Below are positions 17,994 to 27,310 of a DNA stretch of 62,468 bases, in pieces. The stretch comes from Chloroflexota bacterium (lineage in GTDB: Bacteria > Chloroflexota > Dehalococcoidia > DSTF01 > RBG-16-68-14), in contig JADFPV010000005.1 of assembly GCA_022562155.1 (NCBI GenBank), forward strand, positions 1 through 62,468, written 5' to 3'. The translations under genes and the position numbers were made by a program. Position 1 is the stretch's first letter. Each line of letters opens with the position of its first letter. The notes below the pieces were generated by a model, which worked only from the letters and a program-made list of their open reading frames with translations, was not told the DNA's origin and did not search any database.

Positions 17994-19469
17994 ATGGCGG
18001 ACGAACTACATCGCCTGACCGCACACGAGGCGCGAAAGCTACTCTCCAACCGAGAAGTGAGTTCAGTTGAGCTGACGCAGGCCGTGCTCGACCGGATCGC
18101 GGCGGTCGACGACAGGCTGGGAGCGTACCTTACCGTTTCGGACGAGCTAGCGCTCGCTCAGGCCGCGGACGCGGACACGTCGCTGTCTAACGGTGGCGGG
18201 GGGCTTCTCACCGGCGTCCCCGTGTCGGTCAAAGACAACATGTGCACCAAGGGAATTCGTACGACGTGCGGTTCGCGGATGCTTGAGACGTTCGTCCCGC
18301 CCTACGATGGACACGTCATTAGCAGGCTTCGGGACGCCGGGGCGGTGCTCATCGGCAAGACGAACATGGACGAATTCGCGATGGGCTCGTCCGTCGAACA
18401 CTCAGCCTTCAAGCCGACTCACAACCCATGGGCGCTCGACCGCGTGCCCGGCGGGTCGTCCGGCGGGTCAGCCGCGGCGATCGCGGCCGACGAGGCGATC
18501 ATCGCCCTCGGCTCCGACACCGGCGGGAGCATCCGCCAGCCCGCGTCTCTTTGCGGCGTTGTTGGCTTGAAGCCGACGTATGGCCGAGTGAGCCGCTACG
18601 GGCTGGTGGCCTTCGGCAGCTCGCTCGACCAGATCGGACCAATCACGAAGGACGTGCGCGACTGTGCGCTCATGCTGAACGTGATATCCGGACACGACGA
18701 ACGCGACGCAACGTCGGTGGAGATGGATGTTCCGGACTTCACCGAGGCGCTGACGGGCGACATCAAGGGCCTGCGGGTTGGCGTCGTCGACGAGTACCTG
18801 CCGGACGACCTCGACGCGGGCGTCCGCGGCGTCGCCGAGGCGGCACTCGCTGAGCTGGAAAGCCTGGGCGCGTCGATCGAACGTGGTGTTTCGCTACCGA
18901 ACACGAAGTACGCGCTGGCCTGCTACTACATCATCGCGCCCAGCGAGGCGTCCGCGAACCTTGCTAGATACGACGGCGTGAAGTACGGCTACTCGTATCA
19001 GGATGGCGACAGCATGTGGGCGAACATGGACGGGACGCGCCAGCACGGCTTCGGCGACGAGGTCAAGCGCCGGATCATGCTCGGAACCTACACACTCTCC
19101 ACCGGCTACTACGACGCGTACTACCTGAAGGCGCTCAAGGTGCGCACGTTAATCAGACAAGAGTTCGACGAGGCCTTCGAGCGCTTCGATGTCTTGTTCG
19201 GACTCGTTTCGCCAACTCCGGCGTTTCGTCTGGGTGAGAAAACGGACGACCCGTTTGAGATGTACCTGAGCGACGTATTCACCCTGCCGACCAACATCGC
19301 CGGCATCCCGGGCATGTCGCTGCCGGCGGGGTTCGTCGAGCAAGACGGTCAGCTGCTGCCCGTCGGCATCCAGCTACTGGCGAAGCCGTTCGACGAAGCC
19401 TCCATCCTTCGCACCGCCTACGCTTACGAACAGGCGACGTCGTGGCACACGGAGCGGCCGCCGGGCTAA
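17994..19469 (+). CDS. gatA: Asp/Glu-tRNA amidotransferase subunit A
   Basis: GKTNMDEFAMGSS, PGGSSGGS, GSDTGGSIRQP, EVKRRIMLG. Confidence 0.97.
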   Translation: MADELHRLTAHEARKLLSNREVSSVELTQAVLDRIAAVDDRLGAYLTVSDELALAQAADADTSLSNGGGGLLTGVPVSVKDNMCTKGIRTTCGSRMLETFVPPYDGHVISRLRDAGAVLIGKTNMDEFAMGSSVEHSAFKPTHNPWALDRVPGGSSGGSAAAIAADEAIIALGSDTGGSIRQPASLCGVVGLKPTYGRVSRYGLVAFGSSLDQIGPITKDVRDCALMLNVISGHDERDATSVEMDVPDFTEALTGDIKGLRVGVVDEYLPDDLDAGVRGVAEAALAELESLGASIERGVSLPNTKYALACYYIIAPSEASANLARYDGVKYGYSYQDGDSMWANMDGTRQHGFGDEVKRRIMLGTYTLSTGYYDAYYLKALKVRTLIRQEFDEAFERFDVLFGLVSPTPAFRLGEKTDDPFEMYLSDVFTLPTNIAGIPGMSLPAGFVEQDGQLLPVGIQLLAKPFDEASILRTAYAYEQATSWHTERPPG

Positions 19470-19473
19470 GGCC

Positions 19474-19722
19474 ATGAGTGATCGTGGGGCGGCCGACGAA
19501 TCTGCCGGCCGGCTCAACGTCGGCTGTTATGCAGGCCACCGCTACCCCGAGCGGCCAGAGTGGGTGGAGCTGGATGGCGAGCGGGTGGACGTGGTGGAAA
19601 TCGAGAAAGAGTGGCGCGAGGAAGATCGGCTCGGGTTCGTCGTGAAGCTAAGCGACCGTAGGCGACTGCTGCTGTACTATGAGCCAAATGACGATGCATG
19701 GTCAGGGGACTTGACAGAATGA
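19474..19722 (+). CDS. Small hypothetical protein
   Basis: Fills the operon gap; ATGA-coupled to the aminotransferase. Confidence 0.7.
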   Translation: MSDRGAADESAGRLNVGCYAGHRYPERPEWVELDGERVDVVEIEKEWREEDRLGFVVKLSDRRRLLLYYEPNDDAWSGDLTE

Positions 19723-20912
19723 CTGAGCAGGAACATCTCACACACAGAGGCGCTATTTCACAGCATGTCCAGGCGCTTCCGGCCTCTGGTATCCGCAGAT
19801 TCTTCGACCTGATCGCGAACACGGATGACATCATCTCGCTCGGCGTGGGCGAGCCGGACTTCGTGACGCCGCCGGCCATTAGCGCCGCCGCTGTGAAGTC
19901 GATCGACGAAGGTTTTACACACTACACGTCGAACTACGGGCTTCCAGAACTGCGCCAGCTCATCTCGACCCACCTCCACAAGCGCTATGGCGTTGAGTAC
20001 GACCCCTCGACTGAGATCATCATTACGACCGGCGTGAGCGAGGCGATCAATCTTGCCATGCTGGCCATCGTCGATCGAGGCGACGAAGTAATCGGACCGG
20101 ACCCTAGCTACGTCGCGTACCTACCGACGGTGTTGCTCGCAGGCGGCACCTATGTGCCGGTACCCACTACGCCGGCCAACGATTTCAAGATGAAGGCCGA
20201 AGACATTGAAGAGCTGATCACGCCCAAGACCAAAGCGATCTTCTTTGGCTATCCCTGCAACCCGACTGGAGCCATCATGGAAAGGAAGGACCTCCTCGCC
20301 GTCGCGGATGTGGCGAAACGGCATAATTTGTTCGTGATCTCCGATGAGATATATGACCGGCTGGTCTATGGCACCGAGCACACCTGCTTTTCATCGCTCC
20401 CCGATATGAAAGACCGCACACTGCTAATGGGCGGCTTCTCCAAGGCCTATGCGATGACAGGCTGGCGCGTTGGTTACACGTGCGGCCGGGTCGACCTGAC
20501 GGAAGCGATGATGCGCGTTCATCAGTACATCACGATGTCCGCTCCGACAGCAGCGCAGTACGCCGGCCTGGAAGCGATGCGTAACGGCGAAGAAGATGTC
20601 CGCGGCATGGTCAAGGAGTACGACCGCCGCCGGAAGATGATGGTGAAGGAACTCAACGATATGGGACTCACCTGCTTCGAGCCGCGCGGCGCGTTCTACT
20701 GCTTCCCTTCGGTGAGCATCACCGGTATGTCCGACGAGACGTTCTCAGAGACGCTGCTGATGGAAGAGAAGGTGGCCGTCGTTCCCGGCTCCGCCTTCGG
20801 CCAGTTTGGTGTCGGCCACGTGCGCATCTGCTACGCGGCCGACTACGACGACCTCGTCGAAGCGGCGAAGCGCATGCGCCGCTTCGTCGAGCGGCACACA
20901 ACCTCCGAATAG
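19719..20912 (+). CDS. PLP-dependent aminotransferase class I/II
   Basis: SLGVGEPDF, PCNPTG, ISDEIY, FSKAYAMTGWRVG. Confidence 0.95.
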   Translation: MTEQEHLTHRGAISQHVQALPASGIRRFFDLIANTDDIISLGVGEPDFVTPPAISAAAVKSIDEGFTHYTSNYGLPELRQLISTHLHKRYGVEYDPSTEIIITTGVSEAINLAMLAIVDRGDEVIGPDPSYVAYLPTVLLAGGTYVPVPTTPANDFKMKAEDIEELITPKTKAIFFGYPCNPTGAIMERKDLLAVADVAKRHNLFVISDEIYDRLVYGTEHTCFSSLPDMKDRTLLMGGFSKAYAMTGWRVGYTCGRVDLTEAMMRVHQYITMSAPTAAQYAGLEAMRNGEEDVRGMVKEYDRRRKMMVKELNDMGLTCFEPRGAFYCFPSVSITGMSDETFSETLLMEEKVAVVPGSAFGQFGVGHVRICYAADYDDLVEAAKRMRRFVERHTTSE

Positions 20913-20920
20913 CTCCTGCC

Positions 20921-21640
20921 ATGGCCGCCCACTCCAACGGCGCCGACGACCTCAGCGGCGATCTGGAGCTATCGATCCTCGGTGTCGCCGGGAAGGAGCG
21001 CCCCGACGGCGCGATCGACGTCAGCATCAACAGCTCTCGAGGTGAGATCACGGGCATTATGCACCCCTGCGAAGGCCAGCCGGGAGCGGCGATCTATGTG
21101 GGCGGTGCTCTGGGTGGACTCGACGGCCCCGCCGATGGTCTCTACCCCAAACTTGCTCAGGAGCTACGAGGACCCGGCGGCATGACCGGTCTCCGGTTGC
21201 ACTATCGAAAACCGAACCAGTTCGAGGAGTGCGTGCTCGACGTGCTGGGCGGCGTGTCGTTTCTCAAAGGTATCGGAGCGCAGCGGATTGCCCTCGTCGG
21301 ACATAGCTTCGGCGCGGCGGTCGCGATCAAGGCAGGGGAACTGTCTGAACTCGTCGTAGCCGTTGCCGCGTTGTCACCACAGGTCTACGGCACCCGGACT
21401 GTCGAACGCCTGGCGCCGCGATCGCTCCTGCTCGCTCACGGCACAGCCGACAAACTTCTGGATGTCCAAGCGAGCCGCGACATCTACTCCCGGGCCGGGG
21501 AGCCAAAGCGATTGGAGCTGTTCGAAGGCGCTGGACATTCGCTGCGCTCGTGCGCCGAAGAGTTGTTCGAGCTAGTGCAGGGCTGGCTCATGGAAGCAGT
21601 GAGCGCGAAAGAACAGCCGGAGGACGACGATGCCCTATGA
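20921..21640 (+). CDS. Alpha/beta hydrolase
   Basis: GHSFG, HGTAD, GAGH catalytic triad. Confidence 0.88.
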   Translation: MAAHSNGADDLSGDLELSILGVAGKERPDGAIDVSINSSRGEITGIMHPCEGQPGAAIYVGGALGGLDGPADGLYPKLAQELRGPGGMTGLRLHYRKPNQFEECVLDVLGGVSFLKGIGAQRIALVGHSFGAAVAIKAGELSELVVAVAALSPQVYGTRTVERLAPRSLLLAHGTADKLLDVQASRDIYSRAGEPKRLELFEGAGHSLRSCAEELFELVQGWLMEAVSAKEQPEDDDAL

Positions 21641-21959
21641 TGAACAGCTGGTTGGCCGCGTGCGGGGCGTGCTCGCCAAGAAACGCAACGTCGCAGAGAG
21701 GAAGATGTTCGGCGGGCTAACGTTTATGGTTCGCGGCCACATGGCGTGCGGTGTGGAGAACGAAAGGCTTATGGTGCGCGTTGGGCCTGCCGCCTACGAT
21801 GACGCGGTCGGCCGGCCTCACGCTCAGATGATGGACTTCACGGGCCGCCCCATGAAAGGCTTCGTCTTCGTCGAACCGGCGGGGCTGAAGAGCGATAAAG
21901 ACTTGGAGGCTTGGGTGCAGCGCGGCGTCGACTTCGCGATGTCGCTGCCCGCGAAGTAG
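21630..21959 (+). CDS. TfoX/Sxy N-terminal domain protein
   Basis: ERKMFGGLTFMVRG...MDFTGRPMKGFVFV. Confidence 0.9.
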   Translation: MPYDEQLVGRVRGVLAKKRNVAERKMFGGLTFMVRGHMACGVENERLMVRVGPAAYDDAVGRPHAQMMDFTGRPMKGFVFVEPAGLKSDKDLEAWVQRGVDFAMSLPAK

Positions 21960-21981
21960 CCCGCGCGACCCTGTCGCGCAC

Positions 21982-22638
21982 CTACTCGGCCGGATAGCGG
22001 AGCCAGTTTCCGGCGACCCAGCCCAACGCAGCTAGCCGCCACCAAGTGAGGCCATCCCTGTCCGTAGGGCCGGCGTTGATTGTGACCGGCGTCCCATCAT
22101 CTAGGCAATCGATGGGAACCGCGGCCAGCCCCGGCTGATCGCGAACTTGTAAACACTCGCTATCTACGGCAACAAGTACATCGGCGCCGACCGCGAGCGG
22201 CCAGGGAATGCTGGTCAGTTCGCCGCTGTAGATCTCTTCGACGAGGATTGTCCAGACGCCGTTGTCCAGTTCGAGGATGAAGAGACGCGTTAATTCGCTG
22301 AACGTAGGGCCGAGCTGATAGGCGATCCTGCCGTCGCGTTCGCTGTGAAGGCGCGCGCATTGCCTGCCGACGTCATCGGGGCGTTGCGCATCCTCGCAGC
22401 GAGGCACGAAGCCCTGGCTTAGGTGCTCCTGCACCCAAGTGCGCAGCACCCCCTCCGCGGAACCGGCCGTAGCGATCAGTTGCTCGAAGTCTTCCGTAGG
22501 GTCCGGCGTCGAAGGAGGGCCACCGTCACCGCCGGATGAGCAGCCCAGCACCAATACGGCCATGAATAGCAGCGCTCCGGCAGGCAGCCGCCTCACGTCA
22601 GTCCGTGCCGCTCGCCGGAAGATCCAGTTCACCCGCAT
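21982..22638 (-). CDS. Putative lipoprotein with C-terminal SH3-like domain
   Basis: Lipobox VLGC; CLQVRDQPG...GLTWW...GWVAGNWL. Confidence 0.7.
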   Translation of the reverse strand: MRVNWIFRRAARTDVRRLPAGALLFMAVLVLGCSSGGDGGPPSTPDPTEDFEQLIATAGSAEGVLRTWVQEHLSQGFVPRCEDAQRPDDVGRQCARLHSERDGRIAYQLGPTFSELTRLFILELDNGVWTILVEEIYSGELTSIPWPLAVGADVLVAVDSECLQVRDQPGLAAVPIDCLDDGTPVTINAGPTDRDGLTWWRLAALGWVAGNWLRYPAE

Positions 22639-23440
22639 GCTCTCTCTGCCAGTTCAGGAAGTCGTTGTGTGCGGCGGAGCTGCCGCAGAGGACGGTGCGT
22701 GAGCGCACCTCGACACTACCACCCAGGTGGTCCGTGATCGCGCCGCCTGCCTCTTTGACCAGCAGGATGCCCGCGGCGATGTCCCAGGGAAAAAGGTAGT
22801 GGTGGAGGAACAGGTCATAGCGGCCCGCGGCGGCGTAGGCGAGGCCTAACGCGGCGCTGCCGGGGATGCGAAAGCTCTGCACGCCGGGGAAGAGCTGATG
22901 GAGGAGCTTGAGCTGAGCGCGACCGCGTTCGTCGTGATAGCCGAGGTCGACGCCCAGTACCGACGCCGCGACGGTCGGCGCGGAGGACGCGCGGATCGGT
23001 GTGTCGTTGAGCCAGGCGCCGCCACCTCGCTCCGCCCAGAAACTTTCGCCGTGGTTGGGGTCGTGCGTGACGGCGATGACGGGAGCACCTTCCTGGCACA
23101 ACGCGACGTTCACGCAGAAGACCGGGATGCCGCTCACGAAGTTCCGCGTGCCGTCGATCGGGTCGATTACCCACACCCAGCCGTCTAGTCCTGTATCGCT
23201 TGCAGTCTCCTCAGATAGGATCTTGTGGTCTGGAAACTCGGCTGCGAGCGCTTCATGGAACAGCTTCTCCACGGCGAGATCCGACTCGGTGAGGAGGTCG
23301 CCGCGGCCCTTTACGGTGATCTCCTGAGGCTGGCGGAAGCGAGAGAGGGCGAGATCACCTGCTTCGAGCGCGACTGCACGGGCTACTTCGGTCGCGGAGC
23401 GCCCGGATACGCCGACAGGAACATCTTTCGTCACAACCAT
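22598..23440 (-). CDS. Inositol monophosphatase family protein
   Basis: WVIDPIDGTRNF, WDIAAG. Confidence 0.93.
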   Translation of the reverse strand: MVVTKDVPVGVSGRSATEVARAVALEAGDLALSRFRQPQEITVKGRGDLLTESDLAVEKLFHEALAAEFPDHKILSEETASDTGLDGWVWVIDPIDGTRNFVSGIPVFCVNVALCQEGAPVIAVTHDPNHGESFWAERGGGAWLNDTPIRASSAPTVAASVLGVDLGYHDERGRAQLKLLHQLFPGVQSFRIPGSAALGLAYAAAGRYDLFLHHYLFPWDIAAGILLVKEAGGAITDHLGGSVEVRSRTVLCGSSAAHNDFLNWQREHAGELDLPASGTD

Positions 23441-23453
23441 AAGGGGAGTGCCG

Positions 23454-25115
23454 CTACATGCGGTCCGGGGCGTCCATGCCCATGAGGCCGAGTGTCGTCG
23501 CGAGCACGGATTGGGCTGCCGCGACGAGCTTGAGGCGAGCGCGCGACAGATCGACGTTGTCCTCGTCGACGACGCGGCACTTCTCGTAGAAGTCGTGGAA
23601 CGTCGTTGCGAGGTCCTGCGCGTAGTGGGGGAGGTGGTGTGGTTCTAGCGTGCGGGCCATCACCTCGACCAGTTCCGGCAGGTGGAGCATCTTACGGATG
23701 AGCGCGAGTTCGGCTTCGTGCGTGAGGAGAGCGGTGTCGCCGTCCTCAGTTTCGGGCAGCCGTTCGCCGGCCGTTGTGAGGATGCCGGCGATGCGGGCGT
23801 GGGCGTACTGGACGTAGTAGACGGGGTTCTCTGAACTCTGTTGCTTCGCGAGGTCGAGATCGAAGTCGATCGTCGCGTCAGCGGAGCGGGAGAGAAAGAA
23901 AAAGAGGCACGCGTCCTTACCAACCTCGTCGATCACTTCGCGTAGCGTGACGATGTCGCCGCTGCGCTTCGAAAGTTTCAGCGTCTCGTCGCCGCGGCGT
24001 AGCGTGACCAGTTGGCCGATGATGATGTCTAGGCGTCCTTCCTCGATGCCCATCGCCTGGGTGGCAAGCTGCAGGGGGCGGACGTGGCCCTGGTGGTCGG
24101 CTCCCCAGATGTCGATCACGCGGTCGAAGCCACGAACGATGAATTTGTCGTAGTGATACCCGACGTCAGTAGCGAGATACGTCGGGAGCCCGCTTGATCG
24201 GACTAGGACTTCGTCCTTGTCCGCCTCCAGTTTGCTGGTGGCGAACCAAACAGCGCCCTCGCGTTCGGTCACCAGGTCCTTCTCGCGGAGCAGGCTCATG
24301 ACCTTGTCGAAGTAGCCTGAGTCGTACACGGTCTGCTCGCGATACCAGTTGTCGTACTCGACGCCAAGGCTGCTGAGGTCACGGCGGATCCAGTCCATGA
24401 CTTGCTCCATGCCGTAGCGGCCAAGCTGGTCAGGTGGAGGCTCGCCCTCCGGGCTGAGCATCGTATCCCCGAACTTTTCGCGCGCCTGTCCGGCGAGGTC
24501 GACCATGTAGGAGCCGACGTATCCATCCTCAGGCACGGGTACGTCGCGGCCGAAGAGCTGCTGATAGCGCGCATAGAGCGTTCTTGCGAAGACATCGATC
24601 TGCGTACCCGCGTCGTTGAAGTAGTACTCCGTCTGGACGTTGTAGCCGGCGACGCGGAGCACCCGTGCGAGTGTGCTGCCGAGCGCAGCCCATCGGCCGT
24701 TACCCGCATGGAGCGGGCCGGTGGGATTCGCGCTGACGAATTCGACCTGGACCTTCTCGCCGTTCCCGACAGACACTTCGGCAAACGCTGGACCCGCTTC
24801 GAGAATTTCGTCTACTTGGCTTGCAAGCCAGGCAGGGCTGAGATGGAAGTTGACGAAGCCCGGCGGCACTACTTCTAAGCGTTCGACGGCAGCAGACTCC
24901 GGCATATGCTTAATCAAGGTCGCTCCGAGATCGAGCGGCTTGGCCTGGGCGGCCCGCGCGAGTTGGAGCGGGAGGCTGGTGGCATAGTCGCCGTGCTCCG
25001 CTCGTTGTGGGCGTTCGATGATGGTCTCGGGCAGCGCGATCTCGGGCAGATCGCCGGCCTTTTGGGCACGGGCGGCTGCTTCCTGAACCATAACGCTGAT
25101 GTCGTCTTTAATCAC
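23454..25115 (-). CDS. argS: Arginine--tRNA ligase
   Basis: VEFVSANPTGPLH, WGADHQG, NPVYYVQYAHARI. Confidence 0.97.
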   Translation of the reverse strand: MIKDDISVMVQEAAARAQKAGDLPEIALPETIIERPQRAEHGDYATSLPLQLARAAQAKPLDLGATLIKHMPESAAVERLEVVPPGFVNFHLSPAWLASQVDEILEAGPAFAEVSVGNGEKVQVEFVSANPTGPLHAGNGRWAALGSTLARVLRVAGYNVQTEYYFNDAGTQIDVFARTLYARYQQLFGRDVPVPEDGYVGSYMVDLAGQAREKFGDTMLSPEGEPPPDQLGRYGMEQVMDWIRRDLSSLGVEYDNWYREQTVYDSGYFDKVMSLLREKDLVTEREGAVWFATSKLEADKDEVLVRSSGLPTYLATDVGYHYDKFIVRGFDRVIDIWGADHQGHVRPLQLATQAMGIEEGRLDIIIGQLVTLRRGDETLKLSKRSGDIVTLREVIDEVGKDACLFFFLSRSADATIDFDLDLAKQQSSENPVYYVQYAHARIAGILTTAGERLPETEDGDTALLTHEAELALIRKMLHLPELVEVMARTLEPHHLPHYAQDLATTFHDFYEKCRVVDEDNVDLSRARLKLVAAAQSVLATTLGLMGMDAPDRM

Positions 25116-25618
25116 GGCGACTCTGATGGAGCTCTTGCAAGGACGGCGAAGGGGCCCTCCGCAGCCGCCGCCAGCCGGACGAGTTCGTCCAAGGCGTTAC
25201 GGGCGTGTTCGATCACGTCTGGAGAATAGCCCATGCGCTTGCTGTTATCCAGAAACTCATCCTCGTCGAGTACCTCAAGCTTCCCTTGGGCAGAGACGCG
25301 CAGATCGAGGTCTAGGTCTACATAACGCACGCTGGTTCCATCGTACTCGGCTGGCGTGGTGACGTTGCAGTAGAAGCCTTCAAGCCCCTTGCGGTTGGGC
25401 TTCTCAAGAAGCATGACGTTGTACCAGCGGTCCGACCAGAAGTGATTCAGCGTGTCCCATGGCGTCCGCCAGGAGCCTTTCCAGTTCTTCAGTTCCTGGC
25501 CGGCGTGGTTGCTCGTGACGAGAAGGGGGCCTTCCTCGCGGACCAGCCAGGAGTCGAACTCCCAATGAGGCGAGCCGTCGTACTTCGTGGATCGAACGTG
25601 GATGCGCTTGCCGGTCAT
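25112..25618 (-). CDS. DUF402 family protein
   Basis: STKYDG, WYNV, YVDLDLD, LDEDEF; start at MTGKRIH. The longer ORF-track extension is read-through of repeats. Confidence 0.88.
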   Translation of the reverse strand: MTGKRIHVRSTKYDGSPHWEFDSWLVREEGPLLVTSNHAGQELKNWKGSWRTPWDTLNHFWSDRWYNVMLLEKPNRKGLEGFYCNVTTPAEYDGTSVRYVDLDLDLRVSAQGKLEVLDEDEFLDNSKRMGYSPDVIEHARNALDELVRLAAAAEGPFAVLARAPSESP

Positions 25619-25632
25619 GTGGGCAGTGTAAT

Positions 25633-25878
25633 CGGCTACTGCCGCAGGCAGTAGCTGGCTACAGGCTAATGAGGGCGGCCCTGAAGCGGGCAAGCGTGAG
25701 GGTGGAGGGCTGCGAAGTTTGTTTTGCAGAATCGTCCCTTTTCTGTATACGCTGATGAGTAGTTTCGTGGGCACACGGCTACTGGCTGCGCCAGTAGCTT
25801 GGAAGAACGCGAAGCGTTCTTCTGGCTGAGGCAGTAGTTTGCCCTGCGGGGCGGGCGCATGGCCATGCGCCCCTACAT
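25633..25878. repeat. REP-like palindromic mosaic, left copy
   Basis: GCTACTG..CAGTAGC hairpins, GAAGAACGC-GAA-GCGTTCTTC, and GGGCGCATGGCCATGCGCCC-CTAC (GTAG-type REP on minus). Confidence 0.8.
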
Positions 25879-25910
25879 GACGCCCCGATGTCGTTCGGCG
25901 AGTTGGCCTC

Positions 25911-26675
25911 TCACGCGGAGTTGGGGAGGACATCGGAGATCTGGGGCCTGCTGGTGTTGCGATACGCCGGAGATGCATTGTGGTCAATACGGGCGAGGGG
26001 TGAGGCCTGGCCGAGCCGCCGGGCCTGAAGCGCTTCGAGCTCGTGTAACGTGCCCTGCCAGAGGCGCTGGAGATGACCTTGGTAGCGCATGACCGTATCG
26101 AGGTCGATCTTGCCGGGGATCATCCGCCGCTCGCGACGCAATTGCATCTCTTCCTGGGTCGGATCAGGGAGGTCATTCCGTTTGCCGTCGGCCTGCTCGT
26201 AGACCGCCTCAACGCCGTAGAGGTACATCGCGCTGTTGATGAAATCCTCCTCCATAGAGGCAACGTGCATGGCTGTTACGGCTGTAATGTAGCGATTGAC
26301 CCGTCGAAACTGCCAGAGGTGGAGGGCAAGAAGCTCAGCGAGCTCACGCTCGAGGTAGCCCTCCGGCGCGACGCTTTCGATGATTCCATCCAGGTGAGCC
26401 TGCCATGCCTCCTCGGTCTCCATGCCGGGGATGACGGGGCTGGGGGACGTAATACCGTGCTTGATGGCGTTGCGGCTGACGGCCACCTTGCCGGCGGCAG
26501 TCTTGGGACCACCGCCCTTGCCCTGCCTCGATTTACCGTTCCTGGGAACCTGCTGCGCAGGTTCCTTGGGTTTCGTTGCAGAACCCTGGCCGGCAGTCTT
26601 AGTCTTTGCGTCCGCTTCGTTCTTGGGATTCACGCTGTTACCTGGTTCCGTCGCGCCATTCTTGGATTTCGCCAT
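25911..26675 (-). CDS. Uncharacterised GPKTxxGK...NAxKHG family protein (HGGxSTG-related)
   Basis: GGPKTAAGKVAVSRNAIKHG followed by a helical region with LALHLWQFRR; RBS-like AAGGCGG. Confidence 0.75.
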   Translation of the reverse strand: MAKSKNGATEPGNSVNPKNEADAKTKTAGQGSATKPKEPAQQVPRNGKSRQGKGGGPKTAAGKVAVSRNAIKHGITSPSPVIPGMETEEAWQAHLDGIIESVAPEGYLERELAELLALHLWQFRRVNRYITAVTAMHVASMEEDFINSAMYLYGVEAVYEQADGKRNDLPDPTQEEMQLRRERRMIPGKIDLDTVMRYQGHLQRLWQGTLHELEALQARRLGQASPLARIDHNASPAYRNTSRPQISDVLPNSA

Positions 26676-26806
26676 GGCTCACCGCCTTCCAGTGCTCTCC
26701 CGCCGGCCCACTTCCTCAGAGTGGCATGGAGTCTCGTCTTGCAGAAAGAACCTGTATTGCATAAGCAGATACTCCTATAAGCTATTCCTACTCTCCATAA
26801 CGTCGG

Positions 26807-26835
26807 ATTGTAGTACAAATGTGCGAGCATGTCAA
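26807..26835 (-). promoter_or_regulatory. Sigma70-type promoter with possible LexA box in the spacer
   Basis: TTGACA-N17-TACAAT; overlapping CGCACATTTGTACT resembles GAAC-N4-GTTC with two mismatches. Confidence 0.7.
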
Positions 26836-26990
26836 GGTGTACGGATGTGGAATTGAGGTTGGCTCCGCGCCCGGGCCGGCTGCGCTCGCTGGTTCGCTGT
26901 CTGATAGTCTCGCTGCAGAGTAAGGAGCAACGCCGTCGGAGGCCATCCGCCTCCGTGGAAGAGCGTCCTATGTGGTTCGAGATTTGAATC

Positions 26991-27067
26991 TGGAGCGGGA
27001 GACGAGAGCCGAACTCGCGACCCCTTCGGCTGCGCTCAGGACAGGCCTCTGCTTGGGAAGCAGATGC
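26991..27067 (-). pseudogene. tRNA-Gly(CCC) 3' portion (att remnant) with a 24-nt REP-like insertion
   Basis: GCATCTGCTTCCCAAGCAGAGG[CCTGTCCTGAGCGCAGCCGAAGGG]GTCGCGAGTTCGGCTCTCGTCTCCCGCTCCA. Confidence 0.88.
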
Positions 27068-27310
27068 GTCCCTTGCTGAGTCTGATGGAAGCCCCAGATG
27101 CCCTAATCGGCTCGCCTTGGCCCTAAGCCTCCAGAGGCTGAGGGCCTTTGCTTCCAGCAACACACTAACACAGACTTTAGTCCGCCGGAAGGAACTTCGG
27201 CGGTGGCTATCGGACATGAGAGGCTTCAATGGATGGGGCGCCGTACCTGCGTTGGCTCAGATTGTGAGAGGACGTTGATTCGGCACGCACAAACCGTTGG
27301 CGACTTCGAT

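Noticed and set aside
17697-19469. gatCA without adjacent gatB
   Set aside because: Split gat loci are common; not informative.
25619-25987. N-terminal extension of the DUF402 ORF
   Set aside because: It spans the repeat mosaic; the recognisable domain starts at 25618.
26630-27229. 199-aa minus-strand ORF
   Set aside because: It reads through the tRNA remnant, the REP insert (ACPERSRR) and a promoter; no protein-like features.
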